Origin: an uncultured Thermoleophilia bacterium
Lineage (GTDB): Bacteria > Actinomycetota > Thermoleophilia > Miltoncostaeales > Miltoncostaeaceae
DNA: 64,000 bases
NCBI GenBank assembly: GCA_938017905.1
Contig: CALIKX010000031.1
Location: forward strand, 16,563-80,562
Direction of reading: 5' to 3'
The position numbers and the translations under genes are program-made. Of the stretch, positions 26,312 through 41,161 are shown one piece after another. The notes beneath the pieces are model-generated. The model did not search any database and had not been told where the DNA came from. It worked only from the letters and a program-made list of their open reading frames with translations. The first letter of the stretch is position 1. Each line of letters begins with the position of its first letter.

Positions 26312-27415
26312 GTGCGCCTGACCTGCCCCCGTGATGACCTTGCCGCCCGCCTCGCCCTGGCGTCCCGTGCGGCATCCGGCAAGGGGACCATCCCCGTGCT
26401 CGCAAACGTCCTCCTCAGGGCTGAGGAGGGCCTGGTGGAACTCGCGGCCACCGACATGGAGGTATCGCTCCGGGTGCCGCTGGAGGATGCCGGCGTGGAG
26501 GAACACGGATCCGTGGTGCTGCCGCGGTTGGCAGCCGACCTGGTGCGCAGCATGGCCCCCGGTCCCGTGTCCATCGTGCATGCCGAGAATGAGGGGCAGG
26601 TGCAGATCTCCGGCGGCGGCTCCTCGTTCAGCCTCAACTGCCATCAGGCGGGCGAGTACCCCGAGCTTCCGCAGGACGGCGGCGTGGGGGTGCCCATGCC
26701 CACCCGGACGTTCACGGAGTGCGCTGACCGTGTGGTGCGCGCGGCCTCGAGGGATGAGACACGACCCGTCCTCACAGGGGTCCTGGTGAGGATGGGACCA
26801 GGCGGCCTGACGATGGCGGCAACCGACAGCTACCGGCTGGCCGTGCGCACCGTGTCACTCGAGAACCCCCCTTCCGAGGAGCGCGAGGCCATCATCCCTG
26901 CCCGGGCGGTGGCCGAGGCCACCCGCCTGGCATCGCAGGCCAGCGACGCCGAGGTGGAGATCGCGCTCGGTGAGTCGCAGGCCACCATCCGTTGCGGCGG
27001 CGTGCGCCTCACCACCCGCCTCATCGATGGGCAGTTCCCGGACTACCGGCAGTTGATCCCCGCGGAGTTCGAGCAGGAGGTCCGGCTCGACAGGGCCGAG
27101 TTCCTGGGCGTGCTCACCCGGATCGGCGTGCTTGCTCAGCGCACGGCACCACTTCGCCTGTCATTCGAGCAGGGCCAGTTGACGGTGGCCACAGCCAGCG
27201 ACCAGGTGGGCGAGGGGCGCGAATCGCTTCCCGTGGCATATGCGGGCGAGCCGATGGAGATCGGCTTCAATGCCGACTTCCTGAGGGAGGGCGTCGATGG
27301 GATGTCCGGTGATGAGGTGCGCCTGGGACTGATCAGTCCGCTCCGGCCGGGCCTGTTGCGCGGGGAATCGGACGATCACCGGTACCTCCTGATGCCCATC
27401 CGCCTTCCCGGGTAG
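26312..27415 (+). CDS. dnaN: DNA polymerase III beta sliding clamp
   Basis: GTG 26312 gives VRLTC.RDDL...L......A......PVL.NVLL.A. The C-terminal end is YLLMPIRL. Confidence 0.93.
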   Translation: MRLTCPRDDLAARLALASRAASGKGTIPVLANVLLRAEEGLVELAATDMEVSLRVPLEDAGVEEHGSVVLPRLAADLVRSMAPGPVSIVHAENEGQVQISGGGSSFSLNCHQAGEYPELPQDGGVGVPMPTRTFTECADRVVRAASRDETRPVLTGVLVRMGPGGLTMAATDSYRLAVRTVSLENPPSEEREAIIPARAVAEATRLASQASDAEVEIALGESQATIRCGGVRLTTRLIDGQFPDYRQLIPAEFEQEVRLDRAEFLGVLTRIGVLAQRTAPLRLSFEQGQLTVATASDQVGEGRESLPVAYAGEPMEIGFNADFLREGVDGMSGDEVRLGLISPLRPGLLRGESDDHRYLLMPIRLPG

Positions 27416-27419
27416 GACC

Positions 27420-28565
27420 ATGCGGGCCGGCGCCTGGACGGCCACGCACCTGGATGTCGCGGACGTGCGGTCATGGGACAGGGTGTCGCTGGACCTCCCG
27501 CCGGGTGGCATCGTGCTGTGCGGACCCAATGGCGCGGGAAAGACCTCGCTCGCCGAGGCGCTCGTGCTGGCGTGCCTCGGCGTGTCATGCCGTACGTCGC
27601 GCGAATCCGAGGTAGTGCGCGCGGGAGCACCCGCCCTGCACGTGGCCCTGGATGTGCAGGGCCCGGCCGGTGCGCAGCACCGGGAGATCGGATACGCATC
27701 CGGACGCGGGCGGCGGCTGACCCGAGATGGTGAGGCCGTGCGTGGTTTGGCCGACTGGCGCGCAGCCGGCAGCGTGCTGGTTTTCCTCCCCGAGGAACTG
27801 CGCGCGGTGAAGGGGCCCCCGGCGGCACGGCGCAGGCACCTCGACCGGCTGCTGGAGGCGACGGTCCCGGGATATGCCGATGATCTGGCGGCGCACAGCG
27901 CCGCGCTCTCACAGCGGAACGCGGCCCTTCGCGGCGTGCGCGCCGGGCGGGCGGGTGTTGATGCCGTGGCGCCCTGGGAGCCCGCGATCGCGGCCCATGG
28001 GGCCCGGATCGTCGCCGCGCGGCGCGACGCCCTGCACGCGCTGGCGGAGCCCTTTGCGCGGTGGATGGACGACCTCGGCGGGGGACCCGGGGGAGTCGTG
28101 CGCCTCGAGCCATCCCCGGCTGCGCTCGCCGACGTGCCCACGGACGCACTGGAAGGGCACCTGATGGAGCGGCTGCGCGATGCACGGCCCCGTGAGGTCG
28201 CCGCGGGACTCACCCTGGCGGGCCCTCATCGTGATGACGTCCTTGTCGGGCAGGAGCGCGATGGCGCCGTGGTGGACCTGCGCGCGGTGGGAAGCCAGGG
28301 CGAGCAGAGAACCGCGGTGCTGGCGCTGATCATGGCGCACCGGGAGCACCTGGGCGCACGCGTCGGCCTGCCGATCCTGGTCCTGGACGACGTGCTGTCG
28401 GAGCTGGACCCGCGCAGGCGCGGACTGCTGCTGGACGCCGTGGTGGGGGCCGGGCAGTGCCTGCTGACCACCGCCGACCCCGCCGCGGCGGATGCCGCAG
28501 CAGAGCGGGGAGCCCACGTGGTGATGGTGGAGAGGGGGATGGGTGCCTCGACGGCGACGTCGTGA
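27420..28565 (+). CDS. recF: DNA replication/repair protein RecF
   Basis: Walker A GPNGAGKTSLAEAL, the signature G.HRDD, and LVLDDV.SELD. Confidence 0.92.
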   Translation: MRAGAWTATHLDVADVRSWDRVSLDLPPGGIVLCGPNGAGKTSLAEALVLACLGVSCRTSRESEVVRAGAPALHVALDVQGPAGAQHREIGYASGRGRRLTRDGEAVRGLADWRAAGSVLVFLPEELRAVKGPPAARRRHLDRLLEATVPGYADDLAAHSAALSQRNAALRGVRAGRAGVDAVAPWEPAIAAHGARIVAARRDALHALAEPFARWMDDLGGGPGGVVRLEPSPAALADVPTDALEGHLMERLRDARPREVAAGLTLAGPHRDDVLVGQERDGAVVDLRAVGSQGEQRTAVLALIMAHREHLGARVGLPILVLDDVLSELDPRRRGLLLDAVVGAGQCLLTTADPAAADAAAERGAHVVMVERGMGASTATS

Positions 28566-29028
28566 TCCGGTCGGAATCGGCGACCTGCTGGGCCGTGCGA
28601 CCCGGGCATTCACGCGCCCCGGGGACTCGGTCCTCACCTCCGTGCGCGCGGCATGGCCCGACGCCACCGGCCCGGGCACCGTGAACCACGCCTATCCGAT
28701 CCGCCGCAGTCGCGCCGGGGTGGTGACCGTGGCGTGCGCCGATGCGGTGTGGGCGCACGAACTGGGGATGCGCGAGGAGGAGATCTCCGCACGCCTGGCG
28801 ACCGCCATGGGTGACCCCGATGCCGTCGCGGGCCTGCGGTTCGTGGTGGCCGACCACGCCATTCCACAGGCGGAGGCGCAGGTGCCCGCACGCCCGCCGT
28901 TGCCGGAACCGGGCCCCGAGGCACTCCGGCGCGCGGGCGAGGCGACCGCCCATATCGAGGACCCGGAACTGCGTGCGGTGATCACGCGCATGGCCGCCCG
29001 GGCGATGGAGCGCGAGACCGGCCCCTGA
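28543..29028 (+). CDS. DUF721/DciA-like protein
   Basis: Conserved actinobacterial position between recF and gyrB. Basic N-terminus, then G.V.V......WA.EL.......I...L pattern. Confidence 0.7.
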   Translation: MPRRRRRDPVGIGDLLGRATRAFTRPGDSVLTSVRAAWPDATGPGTVNHAYPIRRSRAGVVTVACADAVWAHELGMREEEISARLATAMGDPDAVAGLRFVVADHAIPQAEAQVPARPPLPEPGPEALRRAGEATAHIEDPELRAVITRMAARAMERETGP

Positions 29029-29068
29029 CGTGCCCGGCGCGCCCGGTTTCCGTGGGGCCCGCTGGTAG

Positions 29069-31600
<2,532 letters not shown>

Positions 31601-31601
31601 G

Positions 31602-34118
<2,517 letters not shown>

Positions 34119-34124
34119 TCGCGG

Positions 34125-35087
34125 TCAGCGCGCGGGCCGGGCGACGGCCAGTAGGCCGTCCCCCTGCCCGATGACGCCAAGGCCCCACTCCACCGGGTAG
34201 AGGGCGGCGCGCACCGGAAGGGCGTCGCCCCAGCCGCGTTGGCGCTCACCCCTCGCGGTGTGCGCATCGAGCGAGCCCGGCAGCACGCCCATGAGCGGCA
34301 CCGTGCGCACCGACACCACGCGGAGGCCGGCGAGGCCCAGCACCCAGGCGAGGGAGTCGCGGTCGTAGTGCACGAGGTGCCGGGGCAATTCCAGGCCATC
34401 CCATGCCCCGCCCGTGGCCCGTCGCGTGAGGGAGCGGATGTTCGGGACGCCCACGACCAGCCGTCCGCCCGGGGCGAGGATGCCCCCGATCGCGCGCAGG
34501 GTGGGCACGGGGTCCGGAACGTGCTCGAGGACCTGCGACATCCGCACCATGTCCCACGGCGTGTCGGGCAGGCGGCCCTCGTGCAGCGCGGCGTCCAGCG
34601 ATCCCTGCACCACCCACGCGTTCCCGGCCTCCTGCGCGGCGCGGACTGCCGACTCCGACGGCTCGAGCCCCCAGGCCTCGTGGCCGGCGTCGCGGAGGGC
34701 CGCCACGGCCATTCCCGTGCCCGCGCCCACGTCGAGCACCCGCGAGCCGGGGCGGAGCGGTCCCCCCGTCTCGGCCTCCGGGATGGCGATCCCGATCACC
34801 CGGGCCGCCCGACGGCCCGCACCCGCCGCGCGCGACAGTGCGCGCCCGGATGCCCGCGCGGTCACCGACGCACGACGCGGGTCGTGCTGCGGGTAGTCGT
34901 CCGGGTACCAGGCGGCAGGGTCATCGGGCCACGGGTCGGTGCGGCACAGCAGGCATGTGGGGCACTCGACCACCCGGAACTCACCGGGCATGCCCTGCCG
35001 GTGGTCGCGCGCGCGCAGCACCTCACGCCCACCGGTGCCTCCGCACACCGGGCATGACGATGGGTGCGTGGCGGGTGGCGTCGGCAT
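34125..35087 (-). CDS. Class I SAM-dependent methyltransferase with an N-terminal Cys4 zinc-ribbon
   Basis: CPVCGG...CPTC, then VLDVGAGTG (motif I). Confidence 0.7.
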   Translation of the reverse strand: MPTPPATHPSSCPVCGGTGGREVLRARDHRQGMPGEFRVVECPTCLLCRTDPWPDDPAAWYPDDYPQHDPRRASVTARASGRALSRAAGAGRRAARVIGIAIPEAETGGPLRPGSRVLDVGAGTGMAVAALRDAGHEAWGLEPSESAVRAAQEAGNAWVVQGSLDAALHEGRLPDTPWDMVRMSQVLEHVPDPVPTLRAIGGILAPGGRLVVGVPNIRSLTRRATGGAWDGLELPRHLVHYDRDSLAWVLGLAGLRVVSVRTVPLMGVLPGSLDAHTARGERQRGWGDALPVRAALYPVEWGLGVIGQGDGLLAVARPAR

Positions 35088-35131
35088 GGGGCGGGAGGAT
35101 ACGGCCCGCGGTCCACTAGCCTTGCCGGACC

Positions 35132-35578
35132 GTGACGCGCCTCCCCGACCCCAAGGACATCCTTCCGCATCGGGACCCGTTCCTCTTCATCGACGAGATC
35201 GTGGAGCTGGTGCCGGGGGAGTCCGCGCGCGCCCGCTGGACGCTCCGCCCAGATACGCCCTTCCTCGCCGGGCACTTTCCCGGCGAGCCCATCATGCCGG
35301 GAGTGATCATCGTGGAGGCCCTGGCCCAGGCCGGCGCGCTGGCGGCGCTGTCCACGGACGATGGCCGCGGCAAGCTGGCCCTGTTCGCCGGCGTGGACAA
35401 GTGCCGGTTCAAGAGGCCCGTGCGGCCGGGCGAGACGCTGGAACTGGCCACGCGCGTCACCCGCGTGCGCGGGCCCATCGGCGAGGCCGAGGCCGTCGCC
35501 ACCGTGGACGACGCCGTGGCATGCACGGCCACCCTCAAGTTCGCGATCGTCGATCGCGAACAGGCAGGCGCACCCTGA
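35132..35578 (+). CDS. fabZ: 3-hydroxyacyl-ACP dehydratase FabZ
   Basis: LPHR.PFLFID.I.E, F.GHFPGEPIMPGV...EA.AQ. Confidence 0.9.
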   Translation: MTRLPDPKDILPHRDPFLFIDEIVELVPGESARARWTLRPDTPFLAGHFPGEPIMPGVIIVEALAQAGALAALSTDDGRGKLALFAGVDKCRFKRPVRPGETLELATRVTRVRGPIGEAEAVATVDDAVACTATLKFAIVDREQAGAP

Positions 35579-36600
35579 GCCTGGTCGCCGCGGGACCCCG
35601 CGAGCGCCGCCGTGCCCGTCTCGTAGGTGTGGGCGGCTACGTGCCGCAGCGCGTGATGACCAACGCCGAACTCGAGGAGATGGTCGACACCAGCGATGAG
35701 TGGATCGTCTCGCGCACCGGTATCCGCGAGCGCCGTATCGCCGCTGATGACCAGGCCACCACCGACCTTGCGGCGGAGGCCGTACGCGACCTGCTGCGAC
35801 GCACGGGTACCGACGCGTCGGATGTGGACCTGCTCATCGTCGCCACCACCACGCCGGACTATCCCTTCCCCCCGTGCGCGCCGATCGTGGGGACCATGAC
35901 GGGCATGGATCACGTGGCGGCCTACGACACGAACGCGGTGTGCTCGGGCTTCATGTACGGCATCGCGCAGGCCACCGGGATGGTGGAATCGGGCATGGCC
36001 CGCCGCGCGGTGGTGGTGGGCGCCGAGACGCTCTCGCGCATCATGAACTGGGACGACCGCGCGACATGCGTGCTGTTTGCCGATGGCGCCGGCGCGGTGA
36101 TGATCGAGGCCGATGGGGGAGAGCCGGGGACCGGCGTGGTGGGCGTCGAGTTCGGGTCGGACGGCACGGGGTTCGCCGACCTCTGGGTGCCGGCCGGGGG
36201 CACGCGGTCGCCGGTGTCGCCCCAGACCCCCCATGCCGACACATGCATCCAGATGAACGGCCGCGAGGTGTTCCGCTTCGCCACGCGCATCCTGGTGGAG
36301 TCATCGCAGCGACTGCTCGCGGAGGCCGGCATGACGATCGCCGATGTCGACCTGATGGTGGCCCACCAGGCAAACGAGCGCATCCTCGACCACGCATCGG
36401 AGCGCATGGGCATCGACCGGGCGAAGGTCGTGATGAACCTGGACAGGCTGGGGAACACTTCGTCGGCCAGCATCCCGCTGGCGCTGGCTGACGCCGTGGA
36501 TACGGGAATGCTGGAGGAGGGGGCGCTGGTGCTGATGGTCGGTTTCGGAGCGGGTCTCACGTGGGGCAGCGTGCTCGTGCGCTGGGAGCCGCGCACATGA
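35521..36600 (+). CDS. fabH: Beta-ketoacyl-ACP synthase III FabH (start uncertain)
   Basis: GVGGYVPQRVMTNAELEEMVDTSDEWIVSRTGIRERR, the active-site region NAVCSGFMYG, and HQAN.RI / GNTSSASIPLAL. The only in-frame ATG is 35521. CTG 35575 and 35581 are alternatives. Confidence 0.85.
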   Translation: MHGHPQVRDRRSRTGRRTLSLVAAGPRERRRARLVGVGGYVPQRVMTNAELEEMVDTSDEWIVSRTGIRERRIAADDQATTDLAAEAVRDLLRRTGTDASDVDLLIVATTTPDYPFPPCAPIVGTMTGMDHVAAYDTNAVCSGFMYGIAQATGMVESGMARRAVVVGAETLSRIMNWDDRATCVLFADGAGAVMIEADGGEPGTGVVGVEFGSDGTGFADLWVPAGGTRSPVSPQTPHADTCIQMNGREVFRFATRILVESSQRLLAEAGMTIADVDLMVAHQANERILDHASERMGIDRAKVVMNLDRLGNTSSASIPLALADAVDTGMLEEGALVLMVGFGAGLTWGSVLVRWEPRT

Positions 36601-37508
36601 TCGCGCTGCTGTTCCCGGGGCAGGGCGCCCAGCAGGTGGGGATGGGCCGCGATCTCGCCGCGCAATTCCCCGTTGCGGCCGACACCTTCGCCGAGGCCAG
36701 CGACGCCCTGGGGTACGACCTCACCCGCATCATCTTCGAGGGCCCGGAGGAGGACCTGGTGCGCACCGATGTGTGCCAGCCGGCGATCCTCGCCATGAGC
36801 GTGGCGTGCCTGCGCGTGGCCTGCGACCACGGCCTGCGGGGCGATCTGGCCATGGGCCACTCCCTAGGGGAATTCTCCGCGCTGGTCGCGTGCGGCTCGA
36901 TCGGGTTCGCCGAGGCGATCCGGCTGGTGGGCGAGCGCGGCGCCGCCATGCAGGACGCGGGTGAGGCCCGGCCGGGCACCATGGCGGCCATCCTCGGCTT
37001 GGCCGACGGTGACGCCGAGTCGCTCTGCGCCGAGGCCGGCGATGTATGGCCGGCCAACTACAACTGCCCCGGGCAGGTGGTGGCCTCCGGCACGGTCGAG
37101 GGCATCGACCGCCTGCTGGCATTGGCATCCGAGCGGGGGACCAAGGCGACCCAGCTGAAGGTGGGCGGTGCCTTCCACAGCCCCCTGATGGAGCCCGCAT
37201 CGGCACGGCTGGCGCCGGCACTCGAGGCGTGGGACCCGCAGTCCCCCGACCCGCAGTTCCTGTCCACCACCACCGCACAGGTGGAGCCCGCCGATCGCAT
37301 GCGCGCGGTGCTGCTGGATCAGCTGACCTCACCGGTGCGCTTCGGTCATGCGGTGGAGACCGCCGTGGCGATGGGCGCCGACACGTTCGTGGAACTCGGG
37401 CCCGGCCGGGTGCTGTCCGGCCTGGTCAAGCGCGTGAAGCGCGATGCGGTGCTGCATCAGGTGTCCGGGCCCGAGGGCCTCGGGGGAATCGCCGGGGTGA
37501 TGGCGTGA
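36597..37508 (+). CDS. fabD: Malonyl-CoA:ACP transacylase FabD
   Basis: LFPGQGAQ..GMG, GHSLGEFSAL. ATGA overlap with fabH. Confidence 0.9.
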   Translation: MIALLFPGQGAQQVGMGRDLAAQFPVAADTFAEASDALGYDLTRIIFEGPEEDLVRTDVCQPAILAMSVACLRVACDHGLRGDLAMGHSLGEFSALVACGSIGFAEAIRLVGERGAAMQDAGEARPGTMAAILGLADGDAESLCAEAGDVWPANYNCPGQVVASGTVEGIDRLLALASERGTKATQLKVGGAFHSPLMEPASARLAPALEAWDPQSPDPQFLSTTTAQVEPADRMRAVLLDQLTSPVRFGHAVETAVAMGADTFVELGPGRVLSGLVKRVKRDAVLHQVSGPEGLGGIAGVMA

Positions 37509-38236
37509 GCGTCGCGCTGGTGACCGGGGCGAGCCGGGGCATCGGCGCGGCGTGCGCTCTGGCGTTGGCTGCTGCCGGGCAGGACGTGGCGGTGGGGTAC
37601 GTGGCCGACGAGGCCGGTGCGGTCGCCACGGCCGATGCGGTGCGCGCAGCCGGCGTCAGCGCGGCCGTGGTGCAGGGCGACATCTCCGATTCCGCGCAGG
37701 CCGACGCCGTGGTGGCGGGCGCCGAGGAGGCGCTGGGACCCCTCGGTGCGCTGGTTCTCAACGCCGGCATCACGCGTGATGGCCTGATGATGCGCATGAG
37801 CGACGACGACTGGCGTGCGGTGATCGACACCAACCTGTCGGGGTCGTTCTACTGCGCGCGCGCGGCGTTGCGGGGCATGATGAAGCGCCGTGCCGGCTCC
37901 ATCGTGGCGATCTCGTCGGTGGTGGGCCTCATGGGCAATGCCGGTCAGGTGAATTACGCTGCCGCGAAGGCCGGTCTCATCGGCATGACGAAGTCGCTCG
38001 CCAAGGAGGCGGGCGGCCGCGGGGTGCGGGCCAATGCCATCGCCCCGGGGTACATCAGCACCGACATGACGGACGTGCTGTCGGACGACATCAAGGAGCA
38101 GTTGATCGGCCACACCCCCTTGGGACGACTGGGTGCACCGGAGGACGTCGCGGGGATCGTGGCCTTCCTGTGCTCGGATGCGGCGTCGTTCATCACCGGG
38201 ACGGTCATCCCGGTGGACGGCGGCCTGGGGATGTAG
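37505..38236 (+). CDS. fabG: 3-oxoacyl-ACP reductase FabG
   Basis: GTG 37505 (GTGA overlap). ALVTGASRGIG, NAGITRD, and YAAAKAG..G.TKS.A.E...RG.R.NA.APG.I.T.M. Confidence 0.9.
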   Translation: MSVALVTGASRGIGAACALALAAAGQDVAVGYVADEAGAVATADAVRAAGVSAAVVQGDISDSAQADAVVAGAEEALGPLGALVLNAGITRDGLMMRMSDDDWRAVIDTNLSGSFYCARAALRGMMKRRAGSIVAISSVVGLMGNAGQVNYAAAKAGLIGMTKSLAKEAGGRGVRANAIAPGYISTDMTDVLSDDIKEQLIGHTPLGRLGAPEDVAGIVAFLCSDAASFITGTVIPVDGGLGM

Positions 38237-38248
38237 GCGGGAGGAACC

Positions 38249-39523
38249 ATGGCGACCACGCTCATAGACGGACGCGGCCTTCGCCGCGTGGTCATCACCG
38301 GCATCGGTCTGGTGTCACCGCTCGGCATCGGCCGGGATGAGGCCTGGGCGGCCGCGAAGGCGGGCACCTCCACGGCCGCGCCCATCCGGCAGTTCGACCC
38401 CGCCGACTGCGCCACGCACTTCGCCTGCGAGGTGCCGGAATCGTTCGATATCGAGCAGTTCCTGGACCGCAAGACCGCGCGCAGGATGGACCGCTTCTCG
38501 CACCTGGGCGTGGCCGCGGCCATGCTGGGCTTCGAGGACTCGGGCATCGCGGGCACGGTGTCGCCCGAGCGCATGGGCGTGCTGATCGGCTCGGGGATCG
38601 GCGGCATCCAGACCTGGCACGAGCAGACGGTGCGCCTGCGGGATCTCGGTCCCACGCGCGTCTCGCCGCTGTTCATCCCCACGATCATCGCGAACATGGG
38701 TGCGGCGCAGGCCTCGATGGAACTGGGCCTGAAGGGCCCGCTCTCGTGCAGCACCACCGCGTGCGCATCGGCCAACCACGCGATTGGTGATGCCTTCGAT
38801 CACATCCGCCTGGGGCGTGCAGACGCGATGATCGCGGGCGGCACCGAGGGCGCGGTGGCCCTGGTGGGCATCGCCGGCTTCAACGCCATGAAGGCCCTCT
38901 CCACCCGGAACGATGATCCCGCGACCGCCAGCCGGCCGTTCGACCTGGGTCGCGACGGCTTCGTGATGGGCGAGGCCGGTGCGGTGATCGTGCTCGAGGA
39001 GATGCAGCATGCCCTCGACCGGGGCGCGGACATCATCTGCGAGCTCGCGGGCTACGGCCTGTCGGGCGACGCCCACCACATCACCGAGCCGGACCCCACG
39101 GCTGTGGGGCCCGCGCTCGCCATGAACATGGCGCTCGCCGACGCCGGCCTCGATGCCGCGGACGTCGACTACGTAAATGCCCACGGCACCTCGACTCCCG
39201 TGGGCGACCCCTCCGAGATCCGCGTCATCCGGCATGCGCTTGGCGAGGACAGCGCCGCGCGCACCATGGTGAGCAGCACGAAGTCCATGCATGGCCACAC
39301 CCTCGGCGCGGCGGGTGGTCTGGAGGCTGCGCTGACCGCCCTGGCGGTGCGGGACAGCGTCGTGCCGCCCACCATCAACGTGACCGATCTCGACCCCGAG
39401 TGCGAGGGCGTGGACCACGTGCTGGGGCAGGCCCGGGAGGCCGAGGTGGGCGTGGCGCTGTCGAACGTGTTCGGCTTCGGCGGCCACAACGCCACGCTGG
39501 CGTTCCGACGCGTGGAGGGCTGA
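38249..39523 (+). CDS. fabF: Beta-ketoacyl-ACP synthase II FabF
   Basis: RRVVITGIG.VSPLG, the active-site region TACAS..HAIGDA, NAHGTSTP.GD, KSM.GH.LGAAG, and FGFGGHN. Confidence 0.92.
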   Translation: MATTLIDGRGLRRVVITGIGLVSPLGIGRDEAWAAAKAGTSTAAPIRQFDPADCATHFACEVPESFDIEQFLDRKTARRMDRFSHLGVAAAMLGFEDSGIAGTVSPERMGVLIGSGIGGIQTWHEQTVRLRDLGPTRVSPLFIPTIIANMGAAQASMELGLKGPLSCSTTACASANHAIGDAFDHIRLGRADAMIAGGTEGAVALVGIAGFNAMKALSTRNDDPATASRPFDLGRDGFVMGEAGAVIVLEEMQHALDRGADIICELAGYGLSGDAHHITEPDPTAVGPALAMNMALADAGLDAADVDYVNAHGTSTPVGDPSEIRVIRHALGEDSAARTMVSSTKSMHGHTLGAAGGLEAALTALAVRDSVVPPTINVTDLDPECEGVDHVLGQAREAEVGVALSNVFGFGGHNATLAFRRVEG

Positions 39524-40137
39524 TGGCGCGGTCGGGGCACGCGGGACCGCATTTCCCGTCCCGCCTGCGGGTGGCGCTCACGCCCTTCCGTGATGCCTGG
39601 TTCCGCGGTGCCACGCGCCTGTACGGGCCCGGCACGAAGACCCGCCCGTGGACCTGGATCGGTGATGAGCGCATCGCCGTGGGCAGCGTGCCCACGCCCG
39701 AGAGCCTGCAGGAGCTCGCCCGCGAGGGCGTGACCCACGTGGTCAACTGCCGAGCCCGCCTGCAGACGCACTTCAGCCAGGATCTCTCGGCTGAGCGGCA
39801 GGTGTTCGGCGACCGCAACGTGGCGGTGGCACCCATGTGGGACCACGGCCGCCATCAGCCGCCGGAGAAGTGGGCGCAGGCCGCCGAGATCGCCGCCGGC
39901 TGGCTGGACGACGATCCCCACGCCCGCGTGCTGATCCACTGCCAGCGTGGCCGCCGCCGGTCGCTGTTCGTGGCCTATGCGGTGCTGCGCCTGCGGGGAC
40001 GGTCCCCCGAGGTGGCGGCCCGCGACCTGCTGGAGCACCGGCACGAGGCGCGGCTCGTGCCCACGTACCGTAAGGCGGTCGAGGACTGGCTGGCAACGGG
40101 CGCGGCACCCATCCATCAGTCGGAGTCCATGCGATGA
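39523..40137 (+). CDS. Dual-specificity/PTEN-PTPMT1-like Cys-based phosphatase
   Basis: P-loop HCQRGRRRS (HCx5R[ST]). ATG 39523 overlaps the fabF TGA by 1 nt. Confidence 0.65.
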   Translation: MARSGHAGPHFPSRLRVALTPFRDAWFRGATRLYGPGTKTRPWTWIGDERIAVGSVPTPESLQELAREGVTHVVNCRARLQTHFSQDLSAERQVFGDRNVAVAPMWDHGRHQPPEKWAQAAEIAAGWLDDDPHARVLIHCQRGRRRSLFVAYAVLRLRGRSPEVAARDLLEHRHEARLVPTYRKAVEDWLATGAAPIHQSESMR

Positions 40138-40147
40138 TGCACGCCAC

Positions 40148-41161
40148 ATGAGTCGCGTCGGGCGCAACATCCACGTGTCGGTCGATCGCCTGCGCCAGCT
40201 GGCGCACCGCGACGCGCGCCCGCGCAAGATCTCCGCGGACGCCGGCACCTGCCCCAAGTGCGACAGCCACTACTCGGCCGACGAGATGCACCGCAACCTG
40301 CGGGTGTGCCCGGCATGCGGCCACCACTTCGCGGTGACGGCCCGTGAGCGGCTGGAGCAGCTGGGCGAGCCCGGCGGCTACGTGGAGCTCTGGCCCGAGC
40401 TCCGGGCAGCCGACCCGTTGCAGTTCACCGACCTCAAGCCGTACACCGAGCGCATCGCCGACGCGGAGAAGTCCACCGGCCTGGGCGAGGCCATCGTGTG
40501 CGCCGAGCTGGAGGTCCGCCACGTGCCGGCCGTGGCCGCGATCATGGACTTCTCGTACATGGGTGGCAGCATGGGTGCCGTGGTGGGCGAGAAGCTGGCA
40601 CGCGCCTGCGACCATGCCGCCCAGAAGGGCCTGCCGCTCATCGTGGTCGCGGCCTCGGGCGGTGCGCGCATGCAGGAGGGCACGTTGGCGCTGATGCAGA
40701 TGGCCAAGACGGTCATCGCCCTGGATGCGCTTGCCGAGGCCCGTGTGCCGGTGGTGGTGGTGCTGGCGCACCCCACAACGGGCGGCGTGTGGGCCTCGTT
40801 TGCATCGCTGGGCGACATCACCTATGCGGAGCCCGGTGCGCTCATCGCCTTCAGCGGTCCCCGCGTGATCGAGGAGACCACCCGCGAGGTCCTTCCCTCC
40901 GACTTCGGGCGCGCGGAGCGGCAGCTGGAGAACGGCCAGGTGGACGCCGTGGTGGACCGGCGCGAGCTGGCCGAGCGCATCGGGCGTGTGCTGCACATCC
41001 TCCGCCGGCCCGAGCTGGAGGGTCCGGGAGCCGCAGGATCCCCGGCGCTGCAGTGGGCGCAGGGCGGTGCGCAGCGCGCGGCAGGAGCCGTGCAGTCACT
41101 CCCCCGCAAGGTGATGGACCGCATCAGGCCGGGGTCCCCGGACGGGGAGGATCCCGAATGA
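40148..41161 (+). CDS. accD: Acetyl-CoA carboxylase carboxyltransferase beta subunit
   Basis: Zinc ribbon CPKC....Y.......RVCP.CGHHF, and MDF.YMGGSMG.VVGEK. Confidence 0.9.
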   Translation: MSRVGRNIHVSVDRLRQLAHRDARPRKISADAGTCPKCDSHYSADEMHRNLRVCPACGHHFAVTARERLEQLGEPGGYVELWPELRAADPLQFTDLKPYTERIADAEKSTGLGEAIVCAELEVRHVPAVAAIMDFSYMGGSMGAVVGEKLARACDHAAQKGLPLIVVAASGGARMQEGTLALMQMAKTVIALDALAEARVPVVVVLAHPTTGGVWASFASLGDITYAEPGALIAFSGPRVIEETTREVLPSDFGRAERQLENGQVDAVVDRRELAERIGRVLHILRRPELEGPGAAGSPALQWAQGGAQRAAGAVQSLPRKVMDRIRPGSPDGEDPE

